Of a DNA stretch of 64,000 bases, positions 8,941-19,549 are shown in pieces (the first letter of the stretch is position 1; each line of letters opens with the position of its first letter). A program made the translations under genes and the position numbers. A model generated the notes under the pieces. It was not told the origin of the DNA and did no database searches. It saw nothing but the letters and a program-made list of their open reading frames with translations. Source of the DNA: Deltaproteobacteria bacterium (GTDB taxonomy: Bacteria > Myxococcota_A > Polyangia > Polyangiales > Houyiibacteriaceae); the NCBI GenBank assembly GCA_034670305.1, contig JAXMNT010000001.1, positions 256,001 through 320,000 of the forward strand, written 5' to 3'.

Positions 8941-10227
8941 TCACGACGGACCCTGCTTCGGCTTCGCGACCCAGTCGTTCTTCGTCAAGCCGCGCCCGAG
9001 CCAGCGCGCGCTGTCGGCCGCCCACGTCCCAACCGACCACGGACCGCGGCGGTGGGGACCGGCGTCGTTCATGCGTTCGGTGAGAAACCGTTCGAGCTCC
9101 ACCGCCCGTGCGTCCCACGTCAGACTCTCCGCCCGCTTGGCCGCACCCGCGGCCAGCCGCGCGCAGCGGGCTGGATCGTCGAGCAGCGCGAGCAGCGCCG
9201 CCGCCGCGTTCTCGGCGGCGTCGGCGGTGGTCGGTGGGACGAGGCACGCGTTGAGGTCGTGCTTCAGAAGTTCGGCCGAGTCGGGACTGCTCGGCGCAAA
9301 GATCGCCCGCGCCGCCGCCAGGTAGATGAACAACTTGATCGGCAGCACGGTGTTGCCGTGCTCGAGCAGCGGCGCGAGGCTCGGCGGTACGAGGAGCACA
9401 TCGGCGGCGTAGAGGTACTGGATGGCGCCGGCGAACGTCTGCCACGGCCGCACGTGCACGTTGGGTTCGGGAGCGGCCAGGGCTTCGATGGGGCCGTCCC
9501 CCTTCGAGCCGACGAGCACGAAGTGAACGTCCCTCCGGTGGCGCGCCGCCCGCGCCATGGCGATGGCCACGTCCAGGCCTTTGCGTTCGTTCATGCGCCC
9601 GGTGTAGACGACCAGCTTTGCGGGTTCGGCCGGAAGATCCAGCAGCGCGCGCGCGTCGGCTTTGTTCAACCGGGGCTCCATGCGTTTCGGTTCGTAGCCG
9701 TTGTGCACCACGCCGAGCTTGGCTTCGGGCACGCCGAGCCTCACGTAGCTCTGCCGCGCGTAGTCGGAGTGGAAGAGCGCACCGACGCAGTGGCGGTGAC
9801 CGAAGACGTGCCGGAGCCAAGGCTGCATGGGCGGGAACTGATCGGGCCAGGGCCGAAAGTGTTCGTAGGCCGACGGGATGCCCCGATGCACACACGCGGT
9901 GAGCATGCCGAGGTTGCGGGTGTAGAGCAGATCGAACTGCTTGGGTTTCGGGTGCCGGCTCACCCGCGCCGCATGCACTACGTGCTGGATCCAGAGGTGC
10001 CGGTCGAACGAGGGCAACTCCGTCAGGGTCAGCGGCGCTTCGACTTGGTAGTAGCCGAGCATCTCCTCGGCGCTCTGGGCCGTTCGCCCGGTCTTGCGCG
10101 GCACCAGCAGCTCCACCTCGTGGCCGGCCCGCGCCAGCGCCCCGGCCGTGTTGACGAACTGCTCGGAATCCGCCTGATCGTTGGGCAGCAGGTTCTCGTA
10201 GGTGAAGAGGATCCGCACGCCCAGCAC
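8941..10227 (-). CDS. Glycosyltransferase family 4 (GT-B)
   Basis: MRIL-type N-terminus, VVHNGY, YTGRMNERKG, AADVLLVP, PIKLFIYLAAAR. Confidence 0.85.
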   Translation of the reverse strand: MLGVRILFTYENLLPNDQADSEQFVNTAGALARAGHEVELLVPRKTGRTAQSAEEMLGYYQVEAPLTLTELPSFDRHLWIQHVVHAARVSRHPKPKQFDLLYTRNLGMLTACVHRGIPSAYEHFRPWPDQFPPMQPWLRHVFGHRHCVGALFHSDYARQSYVRLGVPEAKLGVVHNGYEPKRMEPRLNKADARALLDLPAEPAKLVVYTGRMNERKGLDVAIAMARAARHRRDVHFVLVGSKGDGPIEALAAPEPNVHVRPWQTFAGAIQYLYAADVLLVPPSLAPLLEHGNTVLPIKLFIYLAAARAIFAPSSPDSAELLKHDLNACLVPPTTADAAENAAAALLALLDDPARCARLAAGAAKRAESLTWDARAVELERFLTERMNDAGPHRRGPWSVGTWAADSARWLGRGLTKNDWVAKPKQGPS

Positions 10228-10323
10228 CTAGCAGGGCCCTCCCGGGCACGGTAGCGGACGCCCAGGGCCGCAGGACCCTCAGAACGCACGCCGGGCATCG
10301 GCCGTCGTGCTACATGTTCCGCG

Positions 10324-12900
10324 ATGACCTTGCTTCGCGCGCGCAGCCAACATGGTGGGACTTCCAATGGGCTCGGGCTCGGCCACAAGCCAGCGGCGGG
10401 GTTCGCTGCGTCGGACGCACAGCCCAAGTACGCGCCCGACTTGCAGCTCGAACCGATCCACCTCGAGATCGATCTGCGCGTCGACCTCGAGAAGCCGCGG
10501 CTCGACGTGGTGCTGCGACACACCGTGCGGTGCAACACCGTCGGTGCGCATGTGCTCGCGCTCCACGGGGTCGAACTGCTCGACATGGAGGTCCGCACCT
10601 CTGGGGTCGACTGGGATTACGATGGCCAGCAGCTGCAGCTCGTCTGGCAGCGGCGGTTCGTGCGCAACGAGACGCGGGTGGTGGAACTTCGGTATGCGGT
10701 CGAAGAACCCCGCAGTGGTTTGTTCTTCACCAAGCCGAGCCCCGCGCATCCGGACGCATGTTTGCTTGCCATCACCGACCACGAGACCGAGCGCGCGCGC
10801 CATTGGCTGTGCACGGTGGACCTGCCGTCGGTGCGTCCGACGCTCTCGTTCCGAATCACGGCCCAGCAAGGGCTCACGGTGCTGGCGAACGGCGCGCTGA
10901 AATCGGAGACGAAGAACGACGACGGGACGCAGACCGTGCACTGGGCCTGCGCCTCGAACGTGCCGAGCTACCTGACCTGTTTCGCGGTTGGCGACTTCGT
11001 TCGTTGGGACGGGGGCGAGGTCGATGGGGTGCCGATTGCGGCATTCGCACCCGCCGCGCTGCACGACGAGGCGAACCTCGAGCGTTCCTTCCGGCGCACC
11101 GCCGACATGCTCGAGTGGTTGCCCGAGAAGCTCGGTGTGCCGTTCCCATACGAGAAGTACTTCCAAATCGGGGTGCCGTGGATCGGCGGCGCGATGGAGA
11201 ACATCTCGCTGACCACTTGGGACGACCGCTTCTTGCTCGACGACGCGCTCGAGTCCGAAGAACGCCAACTGCTCGATGTCATCAACCTGCACGAGATGGC
11301 GCACACCTGGTTCGGCGACTTGATCATCTGCCGCGACTACGCGCACGCCTGGCTCAAGGAGTCGTGGGCGACCTACATGGAGACGTGCTGGCTCGAGCAC
11401 GACCTGGGACAGGACGCGAAGCAACACGATCTCTGGATGTCGGCGCAGAACTACTTCAAGGAATGCGAGACCCGGTACGTCCGACCGATCGTCACCCGCG
11501 CCTTCGACAGCAGCTGGGACATGTACGATCACCACCTCTACCCCGGTGGCGCGTGGCGTTTGCAGATGCTGCGTCAACAGCTGGGCGACGAGGTCTTCTG
11601 GTCCGCGGTCCGCCAGTACGTCGACCACTACGCTGGCGAACTCGTCGAAACCGATGACTTCCGCCGCACGCTCGAGGTGGTCAGCGGCCGGTCCCTCGCT
11701 CAGTTCTTCGACGAGTGGATTCACGCGCCCGGCTTTCCCATCCTCGAGGGGCGGTTCCGATTCGATGCAGCGACCCACACCGGGACGTTCGAGCTCGCCC
11801 AGAAGCAAAAGAATACGAAGCGCGGCGTAGGGCTCTTCCACCTCGAAGTGGACATTGCCTGGTGGGTGGACGGAGAACGTCGGGAGCAGCGCGTGGCATT
11901 CGATGGCGCATCTCTGAGGTTCGTGGTCGACATGCCGGCCGCCCCCGATCGGGTGCGCATCGATCCACACCTCGGACTGCTTCATCAGCTTCGTCTCGAC
12001 CTGCCGGACGGCATGTGGCGCGCGCAGCTCGAACAAGACGACGCGTGGGGACGCATGCAAGCGGCCCGGGTGTTGGTCGCGACCGGCCGGCGCCAGAACG
12101 TCGCCGCGGTCCAGGCTGCCTTCGAGCGCGAGAAGTTCTGGGGCGTGCGATCGGAGATCGCCGCGGCGCTCGGCGACGCCGCCAACGAAGCGTCGTTCGA
12201 GGCGCTCCTGACGCTCTGCGCCAAACACAAAGACCCGCAGAGTTTGGCGTCCGTGTTTCACGCGGCGTCCAAGTACCGCGACCCGCGTCTGGTCCCAGAG
12301 CTCGTCCAGCGGCTCCGAACCGGCATGCCGCCGCGGGCCACCGAAGCCGCCCTCGACGCTCTCGGTGCGCAGCGCGAGGACGCCCCAGCCGATGTGCTCA
12401 TCGAGCACGCACAACGGAGAGAGCGGTCCGAGTTCGGCGCGGTCGGGGCGGTGCGCGCGATGGCCGCGTCGCGTCACCGCACGTTGCACAATTGGCTCGT
12501 CGAGAACGCGCCCCCCGGCACGTTGCCCGACCGGGTCCGGGCCGCGGTGTGTGCGGCGCTCGGGACCGCGCTTCGAGGGGCGGCCGAGGAGGAGCGCGCG
12601 CCGCTGATCGAGGCGCTCGAAGCGCGCCTGCGCGACTCGATCTTCCGGGTGCGGGTCGCCGCCGCCCAGGCTCTGTGTACGGGGCGGTCGCGCGGCAGCT
12701 ACGACAAGCTTCGTGCCTACCAAGTGGGGCTGCCGGACCAGGAACGCATCCGGTTCCAGCGGCAACTCGACACCTTGCGGCGCTCTGACCGGCCGGACCG
12801 CAGCGACGACCGGTTGGAGAAAGCCGAGCGCACGATCCGCGCCCTCGAAGGCCGCCTCGAAAAGCTGGAAGCTGCCAAACAGCCCGACCCGAAAGCCTGA
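10324..12900 (+). CDS. pepN: M1 family zinc aminopeptidase N with HEAT-like C-terminus
   Basis: GAMEN and HEMAH-x18-E (WLKES) motifs; helical repeats and coiled-coil tail. Confidence 0.9.
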   Translation: MTLLRARSQHGGTSNGLGLGHKPAAGFAASDAQPKYAPDLQLEPIHLEIDLRVDLEKPRLDVVLRHTVRCNTVGAHVLALHGVELLDMEVRTSGVDWDYDGQQLQLVWQRRFVRNETRVVELRYAVEEPRSGLFFTKPSPAHPDACLLAITDHETERARHWLCTVDLPSVRPTLSFRITAQQGLTVLANGALKSETKNDDGTQTVHWACASNVPSYLTCFAVGDFVRWDGGEVDGVPIAAFAPAALHDEANLERSFRRTADMLEWLPEKLGVPFPYEKYFQIGVPWIGGAMENISLTTWDDRFLLDDALESEERQLLDVINLHEMAHTWFGDLIICRDYAHAWLKESWATYMETCWLEHDLGQDAKQHDLWMSAQNYFKECETRYVRPIVTRAFDSSWDMYDHHLYPGGAWRLQMLRQQLGDEVFWSAVRQYVDHYAGELVETDDFRRTLEVVSGRSLAQFFDEWIHAPGFPILEGRFRFDAATHTGTFELAQKQKNTKRGVGLFHLEVDIAWWVDGERREQRVAFDGASLRFVVDMPAAPDRVRIDPHLGLLHQLRLDLPDGMWRAQLEQDDAWGRMQAARVLVATGRRQNVAAVQAAFEREKFWGVRSEIAAALGDAANEASFEALLTLCAKHKDPQSLASVFHAASKYRDPRLVPELVQRLRTGMPPRATEAALDALGAQREDAPADVLIEHAQRRERSEFGAVGAVRAMAASRHRTLHNWLVENAPPGTLPDRVRAAVCAALGTALRGAAEEERAPLIEALEARLRDSIFRVRVAAAQALCTGRSRGSYDKLRAYQVGLPDQERIRFQRQLDTLRRSDRPDRSDDRLEKAERTIRALEGRLEKLEAAKQPDPKA

Positions 12901-13003
12901 CCGCGCTGCGCGATTCGGGCCCTCATCCAGGGCGTCGTTTCGCGAACCCGTTCCGGGTGCTGGTGGGAGAGCGCCGCGGGGTGCGGCCTGCTACACCTCG
13001 GTG

Positions 13004-14836
13004 GTGAATCGAACCCTCGGACTGGGCTGTGTGTTGCTGATGGTCTCTGCATGCGGAGGTCGCTCGGCGCTGCTCGTCGACCCACCCGCCGCAGACGCGG
13101 GGACGGACGGCTCGCTCCCGGATGGCGATCTGCCCGATGTCGGGCCCGACGGCATGCCCTTGCGCGATGTCGGGCCGGATGGATTCGACTTTCCGGACGC
13201 GCCCCTGTTCGACGCGCCAGGCCCGGACACGCCCGATGCGCCGCCGCTCTTCGCCGTCGAGTGTGGGCCCGCGCAGATGGTCGGCGTCGGCGAGAGTGCT
13301 GAGGTCACCGCGGTCGTGACGTCGGGCGAACGCGCGGAATCGCGCTGGACCGTGGTCGACCAGCCGGATGGAGCGGACGCTGGGCTCGCGACCCCCGAGG
13401 CGCTCTCCACCGTCGTGCGCCCCACGTTGCCCGGGACGTATCTCCTCGAGTTCGAGGCCATCTCTCTCGATGGCATGCTTGCCACGTGTCGGACCCTGGT
13501 CGCTGTGGTGGACGGCCCGCCGATCGCAGCGTGCCCGGGCGAAGAGATCGTCGCGCCCGTCGCCGACGCGATCACGATCGATGGGCTCGGCTTCGACGAC
13601 GAAGGACCGGTCGCGTACCGGTGGGAAGTGCGCAGCACGCCCGACGGAGCCCGGACCACGTTGACCAACGCCGATCGGCCGAGCGTGATCTTCAGCGGCA
13701 CCGACCCAGGCAGCTACGTCCTGCGTCTGACCGTGACGGACATCTCGGGCGGCACCGATCAGTGCCGCGTCCGGGTGCGTCTGACCCAGCCCCCGATGAT
13801 CATGTGTCCCACCGATCCGATCCTGGCGCCGACCCGGCTGCCGGTCGACGTCGCCCTCGTCGTCACGGACGACCGCGAAGTGGTGCGCCACGACTGGGCG
13901 CCGATCTCCTGGCCGCCCGACGACGCGGACGGGGTGGTGTTCACCAGCATGCGTGGTCCCCGTGTGACGATCATCCCCGAGCGACAGGGCCCGTACGTGC
14001 TCGAGTACGTCGCGACCGACGACGATGGTTTGACGAGCAGTTGCCTCGTCACCGTCATCGGTACCCCGACGCCCCCGGAGCTGACCTGTCCGGAGTTGAT
14101 CGAGACCCCGCCGCTCCGCTCGGTGTCGGTGGAAGCCGAGGTGGTGGACGACGCGGATGGAGTCTCGGTCCGCTGGCAACTGGTCGACCAGCCCGTGGGT
14201 TCCGCAGCGGGCGGTCCGAGCCCGGCGAGCGCCCTCACGACCAACTTCACACCCGACATCGCGGGCGACTACCTCTTGCGCATCACCGCCACCGATTCCG
14301 ACGGGATGGTGGCGACGTGCGAGACGGCGGTGGTCGCGGTGGTCGACGAAGGACTGCGCGTCGAGATGTTCTGGAGCACCGGTCGCACGGACATGGACCT
14401 GCACTTGTTGAATGTCGGCACGAGCGCGTGGTTCCACGGCCGCGACGATTGTTACTACCGCAACTGCGATGATGGCGCGGTGCTCGACTGGGGCGGGCCC
14501 GGCACCGCCGACAACCCGCACCTCGACATCGACGACACCAACGGCTTCGGTCCCGAGAACACCAACATCGACGAGCCGGCGAACGGCACCTACCGCGTCG
14601 GGGTCCACGCCTTCAGCGGGAGCGGCAACGTGACCGTGCGCATCTACTGCGGCGGCGATCGCACCACGCCGATCGCCGAGATCGGACCGGTCGCCATCGG
14701 CACCGGCACCCGCCAGTTTTGGCGGGTCGCAGACGTCGACATCACGGGCCCGGCGCTGTGCAGCGTCACCGAGTTGGTCGGCGCGGATGGCACTCCGGAC
14801 GTCACCACGCAGACGGACGCCCGCGCCAACCGATGA
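13004..14836 (+). CDS. Lipoprotein with tandem PKD/Ig-like domains and a YfaP/DUF2135-like C-terminal domain
   Basis: Lipobox VSAC; four repeats with W..V..P.G / PG.Y.L motifs; DMDLHL...LDIDDTNGFGPEN. Confidence 0.7.
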   Translation: MNRTLGLGCVLLMVSACGGRSALLVDPPAADAGTDGSLPDGDLPDVGPDGMPLRDVGPDGFDFPDAPLFDAPGPDTPDAPPLFAVECGPAQMVGVGESAEVTAVVTSGERAESRWTVVDQPDGADAGLATPEALSTVVRPTLPGTYLLEFEAISLDGMLATCRTLVAVVDGPPIAACPGEEIVAPVADAITIDGLGFDDEGPVAYRWEVRSTPDGARTTLTNADRPSVIFSGTDPGSYVLRLTVTDISGGTDQCRVRVRLTQPPMIMCPTDPILAPTRLPVDVALVVTDDREVVRHDWAPISWPPDDADGVVFTSMRGPRVTIIPERQGPYVLEYVATDDDGLTSSCLVTVIGTPTPPELTCPELIETPPLRSVSVEAEVVDDADGVSVRWQLVDQPVGSAAGGPSPASALTTNFTPDIAGDYLLRITATDSDGMVATCETAVVAVVDEGLRVEMFWSTGRTDMDLHLLNVGTSAWFHGRDDCYYRNCDDGAVLDWGGPGTADNPHLDIDDTNGFGPENTNIDEPANGTYRVGVHAFSGSGNVTVRIYCGGDRTTPIAEIGPVAIGTGTRQFWRVADVDITGPALCSVTELVGADGTPDVTTQTDARANR

Positions 14837-15005
14837 GTGGGCGGTGTGGCCCTTCAGTCCTCAGCCCACGCCCGCGACCACCAGTACGTCGGGTGTGCGC
14901 AAACCCACCCGCACCGGCGGAGCTTTGCCGCACCCCCTACGTACATGGGGCACGCGGTGGTCCCCAGAGCCGCCCACCTCTCATACGGCGGCCGATTCCG
15001 TGTTT

Positions 15006-15021
15006 CGGCATGGACGTTGCT
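15006..15021 (+). promoter_or_regulatory. Candidate sigma-54 (-24/-12) promoter
   Basis: CGGCATGGACGTTGCT = GG-N10-GC, about 75 bp upstream of ATG 15096. Confidence 0.55.
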
Positions 15022-15095
15022 CTTGTTACGCTGCCATCGCGTGGATGGGGTTCAGATGCCCCACCTCAACCCTCAGACCGGATGAAACATTGAGA

Positions 15096-16748
15096 ATGAC
15101 CCGAAAACTACTGGTACTTTGCCTCGTCGCCCTCGGCTGCAGCTCGGACCCGGGCATGGTCCGCGAAGACCTTCCAGAGGGGGTTCGAGTCGACATCAGC
15201 GAGGAGATCATCCTCAACGAGGACGTCTTGGTGGTGTCCGACGACCCCACCCTCGAGGGCGTCGAGCTGCTCGAGGACGGTTTCTACCAGTTCACGTTCT
15301 CCAACGCGCCGGAACTCTTCGCCACCGGGACCATCCTCGTGGGCGACGAAGGCCCGGGATACATGGGCCGCGTCGCCGAGGTTCGCGCCTCCAGCCCCAC
15401 CGTGGTGGATGTGCGTCTCGATCCGGTCGGCCTCGACGAGGTCATCGACGAGGGTTCGTTCTTCACCCGCATCGTGCCGAACGCCGAAGACTTCGTCGCG
15501 ACGACCGACGACGTGGGCGGTCGACGCTCGGGTCTCGGCGGCACCTATGATCTGGTCCCGACCGAGATCCTCGACGGCGCCGGCACCTGTGAAGGCCTCG
15601 CGGAAGGTTCGATTTCTTTCCGCCACGAGTTCAAGACCACCGATGTGACCACCGAGTTCATCTTCGAGAAGCGCGGCCTGTTCGGCATCCAGCGCGCCGG
15701 TGTGACCGCCACGGGCGGCGCCGCGGTCCGCCTGACGCTCGACACCGAAGGCCAGGTCAACGCCGACTGTCTGCTCGACGTGCTCGAGTTGCTTCGCGTG
15801 AACCCGATCGAGTGGAGCCGCAGCTTCCGCATCGGACCGCTCCCGGTCCGCGTCTACATCCGCCTTCGTCCGGAGCTCACCACCTCGGTCATCGTCGACA
15901 TGGAGCCCACCCGCGTGGAGACCACGCTCTACGCGACCGCCAGCCTGCGTCTCGGCGCCATCTACGATCGCGACAGCGGCATCACCCCCATCGCCGAGTT
16001 CGACCGCACGGTCGACGTCGACATGGACCTGGAAGAAGGCGGCTCGGTCACGGCCCGCGCGGGCGTACACGCCGGGCTCTACCTGGGCATCGAGGTCAGC
16101 GGACTTCGTCTCCCGAGCGCGGGCGCCGAGTTCGATGCGGAAGCGTCGATCACGACCGACGACCTCGCGTGCACCTGGAACTGGGACGCCACGGTCAGTG
16201 GCCAGGCCTACCTCCGTGGACCGCTCGGGGTGGACCTCGGGTTCTTCTCCCGCACCTTCACCACGCTCGACTCCTCGATCGGATTCGAACAGGTGGCTGG
16301 CGGCGCGGCGGACCAGTCGCTTCCCTACTGCACCGAAGACATGTGCGACGAGATGAACCCGTGCATCGGTGAAGACGAAGAGTGTGTCGAAGGCGTCTGC
16401 GTCGAGATGCACTGCACCCCGGAGACCGAAGCCACCGATTGTGCGGCGGGTGAAGTCTGCGTGCTTGGCAGCTGTGTGCCCGACTCCTCAGGCATCACCG
16501 ACTGCGACAGTTGCAACCGCGCGGGCTTCGACTGGTGTGGAGCCACCGACAGCTGCGGCGCCGAGGGCTGCTCCGGCGACCTTCGCACCAGCCGCTCCTC
16601 GTGCATTCCCTGCGACTACACCAACTGTGGCGACTGCGCGACGGACGGCTTCTGCAGCTGGGTCCGCAACACCAGCGAGTGTGTGAACGACCGCGCGTAC
16701 GACGGCGACCGCACCTGGCTCGCCACGACGCCCGGTCAGTGCGGCTGA
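15096..16748 (+). CDS. Lipoprotein with beta-rich core and Cys-rich C-terminus
   Basis: MTRKLLVLCLVALGC lipobox; many C-x-x-C repeats at the C-terminus. Confidence 0.75.
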   Translation: MTRKLLVLCLVALGCSSDPGMVREDLPEGVRVDISEEIILNEDVLVVSDDPTLEGVELLEDGFYQFTFSNAPELFATGTILVGDEGPGYMGRVAEVRASSPTVVDVRLDPVGLDEVIDEGSFFTRIVPNAEDFVATTDDVGGRRSGLGGTYDLVPTEILDGAGTCEGLAEGSISFRHEFKTTDVTTEFIFEKRGLFGIQRAGVTATGGAAVRLTLDTEGQVNADCLLDVLELLRVNPIEWSRSFRIGPLPVRVYIRLRPELTTSVIVDMEPTRVETTLYATASLRLGAIYDRDSGITPIAEFDRTVDVDMDLEEGGSVTARAGVHAGLYLGIEVSGLRLPSAGAEFDAEASITTDDLACTWNWDATVSGQAYLRGPLGVDLGFFSRTFTTLDSSIGFEQVAGGAADQSLPYCTEDMCDEMNPCIGEDEECVEGVCVEMHCTPETEATDCAAGEVCVLGSCVPDSSGITDCDSCNRAGFDWCGATDSCGAEGCSGDLRTSRSSCIPCDYTNCGDCATDGFCSWVRNTSECVNDRAYDGDRTWLATTPGQCG

Positions 16749-16771
16749 ACCGCAGCACCTAGATGAACGCG

Positions 16772-16807
16772 CCGCCGCTTCTCTTCGGAGAAGCGGCGGT
16801 TTCGTTT
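16772..16807 (+). terminator. Intrinsic terminator
   Basis: Perfect 12-bp stem CCGCCGCTTCTC-TTCG-GAGAAGCGGCGG followed by TTTCGTTT. Confidence 0.75.
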
Positions 16808-16862
16808 GTGGGTGGGTCGGTGCGGAGCTTGCCGTGGGCGGGGTGCGCGTCGACAATGCCGT

Positions 16863-18665
16863 GTGCCGCTGCTGACCGCCCAGGAACGGATCGGAACGAC
16901 CGTGGGGTCGTACCGCTTGGATCGGATCATCGGAGAGGGTGGCATGGGTGTGGTGTTCGCCGCGCAGCACGCCTCGCTCGGCAGCCCCGCCGCCGTGAAG
17001 CTTCTCCACCCGCATCTCGTGCGCGACGCGTCGGTGGCGCTGCGCTTCGAACGGGAGGCCAAAGCGGCGGCCATGATTCGCCATCCGAACGTCGTGCGCA
17101 TCCTCGACCTCGTCACCGCGGAGGACGGCGCGCGCTGCATCGTGATGGACCTGCTCGAGGGCGAGAGTCTCGGCGACCGCATCATGCGCGTGGGCCCCCT
17201 CTCCCCCGAGGCGACTGCCGCGCTCCTGCTTCCGGTCATGCACGGGCTGGCCGACGCCCACCGTCAGAGGATCGTGCATCGCGATCTCAAGCCAGACAAC
17301 ATCTTCATCGCGCGCGAGGCCGGTAGAGAAGTGCCGATGCTGCTCGACTTCGGCATCGCCAAGTTGCTCGACGGAACCCATGCCACCCAGACCGGCATGA
17401 TGATCGGCACGCCGGCGTACATGTCGCCCGAGCAGGTCCGCGGACTCCGGGACATCGGTCCCCCGACCGATGTGTGGGCGATGGGCGCGGTGTGGTTCGA
17501 GTGTCTCTCCGGCCGCACCCCGCTTCTCGCCGAGACCCCGCAGGGCATGATCGCGTCCATTCTCACCGAGGCGCCCCCGCCGCTTCGGACGGTGAAGGGC
17601 TCGGTCCCCTCCCACCTCGCGGATGTGATCGATCGGGCGCTGAAGAAGGACTTGTCGGAACGTTACCCGGACATGAGTTCGTTCGCGGCGGCGCTGCGGG
17701 CGGCGCTCGGATCGCGTGCGGTGGAAGCGCTCGCCGCGACGATGTTGCCGACGCCCTCTCCGGCGGCCGGGCCGGCGTCGATGTCTTCCGTAGCCGTGCC
17801 GGTCGAGACGCCACTGCCCCATCGGGATCCGGCCGCCGATGCCCGCCACCTCGGCGCCGACGCAATGCGCGACGGCGCCGGCGATCGACAAGGCGGCTCC
17901 AGCATGAACCAGGGGCCGGCGACCGGCATGACGCAGGTGCCGACCGTGCGGCGCGCCCGAACCCCGTTCATCGGCGCGGCGCTGATGATGGTGGGCGCGG
18001 TTGGAGTCGGCGCCGGCGTTTTGTCCACGATGCAGGACGCGCAGGCCCCGATGGAGATGGAGATGGTGACCACGCCGCAGATCCCGGCGCCTCCCACGAC
18101 CACGACGGCGGTGGATCCGGCGACGACGCCCGAAACCACCACCCTGCCGATGGGCGCCGCCACACCCGTGACCGAGACGCCGATGGGCGTGGCTATGGTG
18201 ACGGCGCAGACGACGACGTCGCAGATGGTGGTGTCCCAGAGGGTCGTTCCGACGCCCATCACGATGACGACGGCCAACCAGCAGCGTCGGCCTTCGATGC
18301 ACACGATGATGAGAACCACGTCGATGGTTTCCATCGACGATCTCTTGAACGGTTCCAACGGCGGTGGAGGCTCCGCGATGTCTGGGATGTCGACCACCAC
18401 CACATTGAGTCGGAGTGAGGTCGTGTCCGTGGTTCGGCGCCATACGGGCGCGTTGCGCGCATGCATGGATCCCACGCTGGATTCATTTCGCGTCAACCTC
18501 GCCATTCGTGTCGATCCGGGTGGTGGGGTGTCCTCGGTCACCGCCCAGGGCGCGCCCAACCCGGCCATTCGCGGTTGCATCGAATCCGAAGTCCGCACCT
18601 GGCGGTTCTCGATCAGCAGCAACGGCTTGAGTTTCACGTACCCGTTTCGGTTCGAAGGGCAGTGA
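16863..18665 (+). CDS. Membrane Ser/Thr protein kinase with AgmX/PglI-like (TonB-C-like) C-terminal domain
   Basis: GEGGMG, AVK, HRDLKPDN, DFG, GTPAYMSPE; one TM; Met/Thr-rich linker; LSRSEVVSVVRRH...C...C...W.F...FTYPFRF. Confidence 0.92.
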   Translation: MPLLTAQERIGTTVGSYRLDRIIGEGGMGVVFAAQHASLGSPAAVKLLHPHLVRDASVALRFEREAKAAAMIRHPNVVRILDLVTAEDGARCIVMDLLEGESLGDRIMRVGPLSPEATAALLLPVMHGLADAHRQRIVHRDLKPDNIFIAREAGREVPMLLDFGIAKLLDGTHATQTGMMIGTPAYMSPEQVRGLRDIGPPTDVWAMGAVWFECLSGRTPLLAETPQGMIASILTEAPPPLRTVKGSVPSHLADVIDRALKKDLSERYPDMSSFAAALRAALGSRAVEALAATMLPTPSPAAGPASMSSVAVPVETPLPHRDPAADARHLGADAMRDGAGDRQGGSSMNQGPATGMTQVPTVRRARTPFIGAALMMVGAVGVGAGVLSTMQDAQAPMEMEMVTTPQIPAPPTTTTAVDPATTPETTTLPMGAATPVTETPMGVAMVTAQTTTSQMVVSQRVVPTPITMTTANQQRRPSMHTMMRTTSMVSIDDLLNGSNGGGGSAMSGMSTTTTLSRSEVVSVVRRHTGALRACMDPTLDSFRVNLAIRVDPGGGVSSVTAQGAPNPAIRGCIESEVRTWRFSISSNGLSFTYPFRFEGQ

Positions 18666-18698
18666 ACGCCTGCCGCGTCCCTCGAGCAAGCGCTGCCG

Positions 18699-19517
18699 TC
18701 AGGCGCCGCGGGGGTGGCCGGTCGTGGGGTCGATCGCGTCGAGGGTCTCGAGCAGCACCTGCGGGCGGTCCGTCATGATCCCGTCCACGCCAAGCTCGTA
18801 GAGCCAGCGCATCTCGCGCGCGTCGTTGATGGTCCACACGTGGACCTTGAGCCCCACCGCATGGGCGGCGTCTACGAAGCGCTGGTCCACCACGCGGAGT
18901 CCTTCGTGCGCGATGGGCACCTGCAGGACATCGAACGGCCAGCGGATGCGCGTGTGGGCCCCCACCTTGAGGGAGAGCCAGAACTTCAAGATCCCGCGCA
19001 CGCCCGGTGAGGTCGGAACCGCGGTCCCTCCGAGGCTCCGGTAGTGCGCGGTGAGCGGGTCGTGTCCCGACGCGGCGAGCATCCGGTGGTGTACGTCGTG
19101 GCGGTCCGCGAACGCGTGCAGCGCTTCGGCCAAGCGTGGGTCCTGACCCTTCATCTCGAGGTTCAGCCGCAGCTCGGGCCCGACCGCGAACGCTTCCTCG
19201 AGGGTCGGAATTCGAACCCCACACCCACGGAACGGGTGCCCGTTGCCGTCAAAGAACTGGTGGCCCGCATCGAGACGCTTCAGTTCCGTGAGGGTGTGGT
19301 CGGATGTCCGTCCGGTGCCGTCCGTGGTGCGCTCGAGTCGTTCGTCGTGGAAGACCACGATCTCGCCGTCCTTCGTAAGGTGCACGTCGGTCTCGATCCA
19401 CCGGTAGCCGAGTGCGTACGCGTTCTCGAACGCGAGCAGGGTGTTCTCGGGCCACCGCGCGGCGCCACCGCGGTGAGCGATGAGCAGGCAGCGTCCATCG
19501 CCAAAGTACGGATGCAC
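18699..19517 (-). CDS. Glycerophosphodiester phosphodiesterase
   Basis: IAHRGG, PENT, ETDV, HD, NLEMK, VHVWTIND, DGIMTDRP; GTG start after AAGGGGA. Confidence 0.92.
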   Translation of the reverse strand: MHPYFGDGRCLLIAHRGGAARWPENTLLAFENAYALGYRWIETDVHLTKDGEIVVFHDERLERTTDGTGRTSDHTLTELKRLDAGHQFFDGNGHPFRGCGVRIPTLEEAFAVGPELRLNLEMKGQDPRLAEALHAFADRHDVHHRMLAASGHDPLTAHYRSLGGTAVPTSPGVRGILKFWLSLKVGAHTRIRWPFDVLQVPIAHEGLRVVDQRFVDAAHAVGLKVHVWTINDAREMRWLYELGVDGIMTDRPQVLLETLDAIDPTTGHPRGA

Positions 19518-19549
19518 GAATCCCCTTATACTCGGCGCATGGGGATCGC

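Noticed and set aside
6126-9083. 985-aa plus-strand ORF and similar long ORFs (10279-12765, 26190-28682, 31150-33717, 56281-58728)
   Set aside because: Antisense shadows of motif-bearing genes, expected at this GC content.
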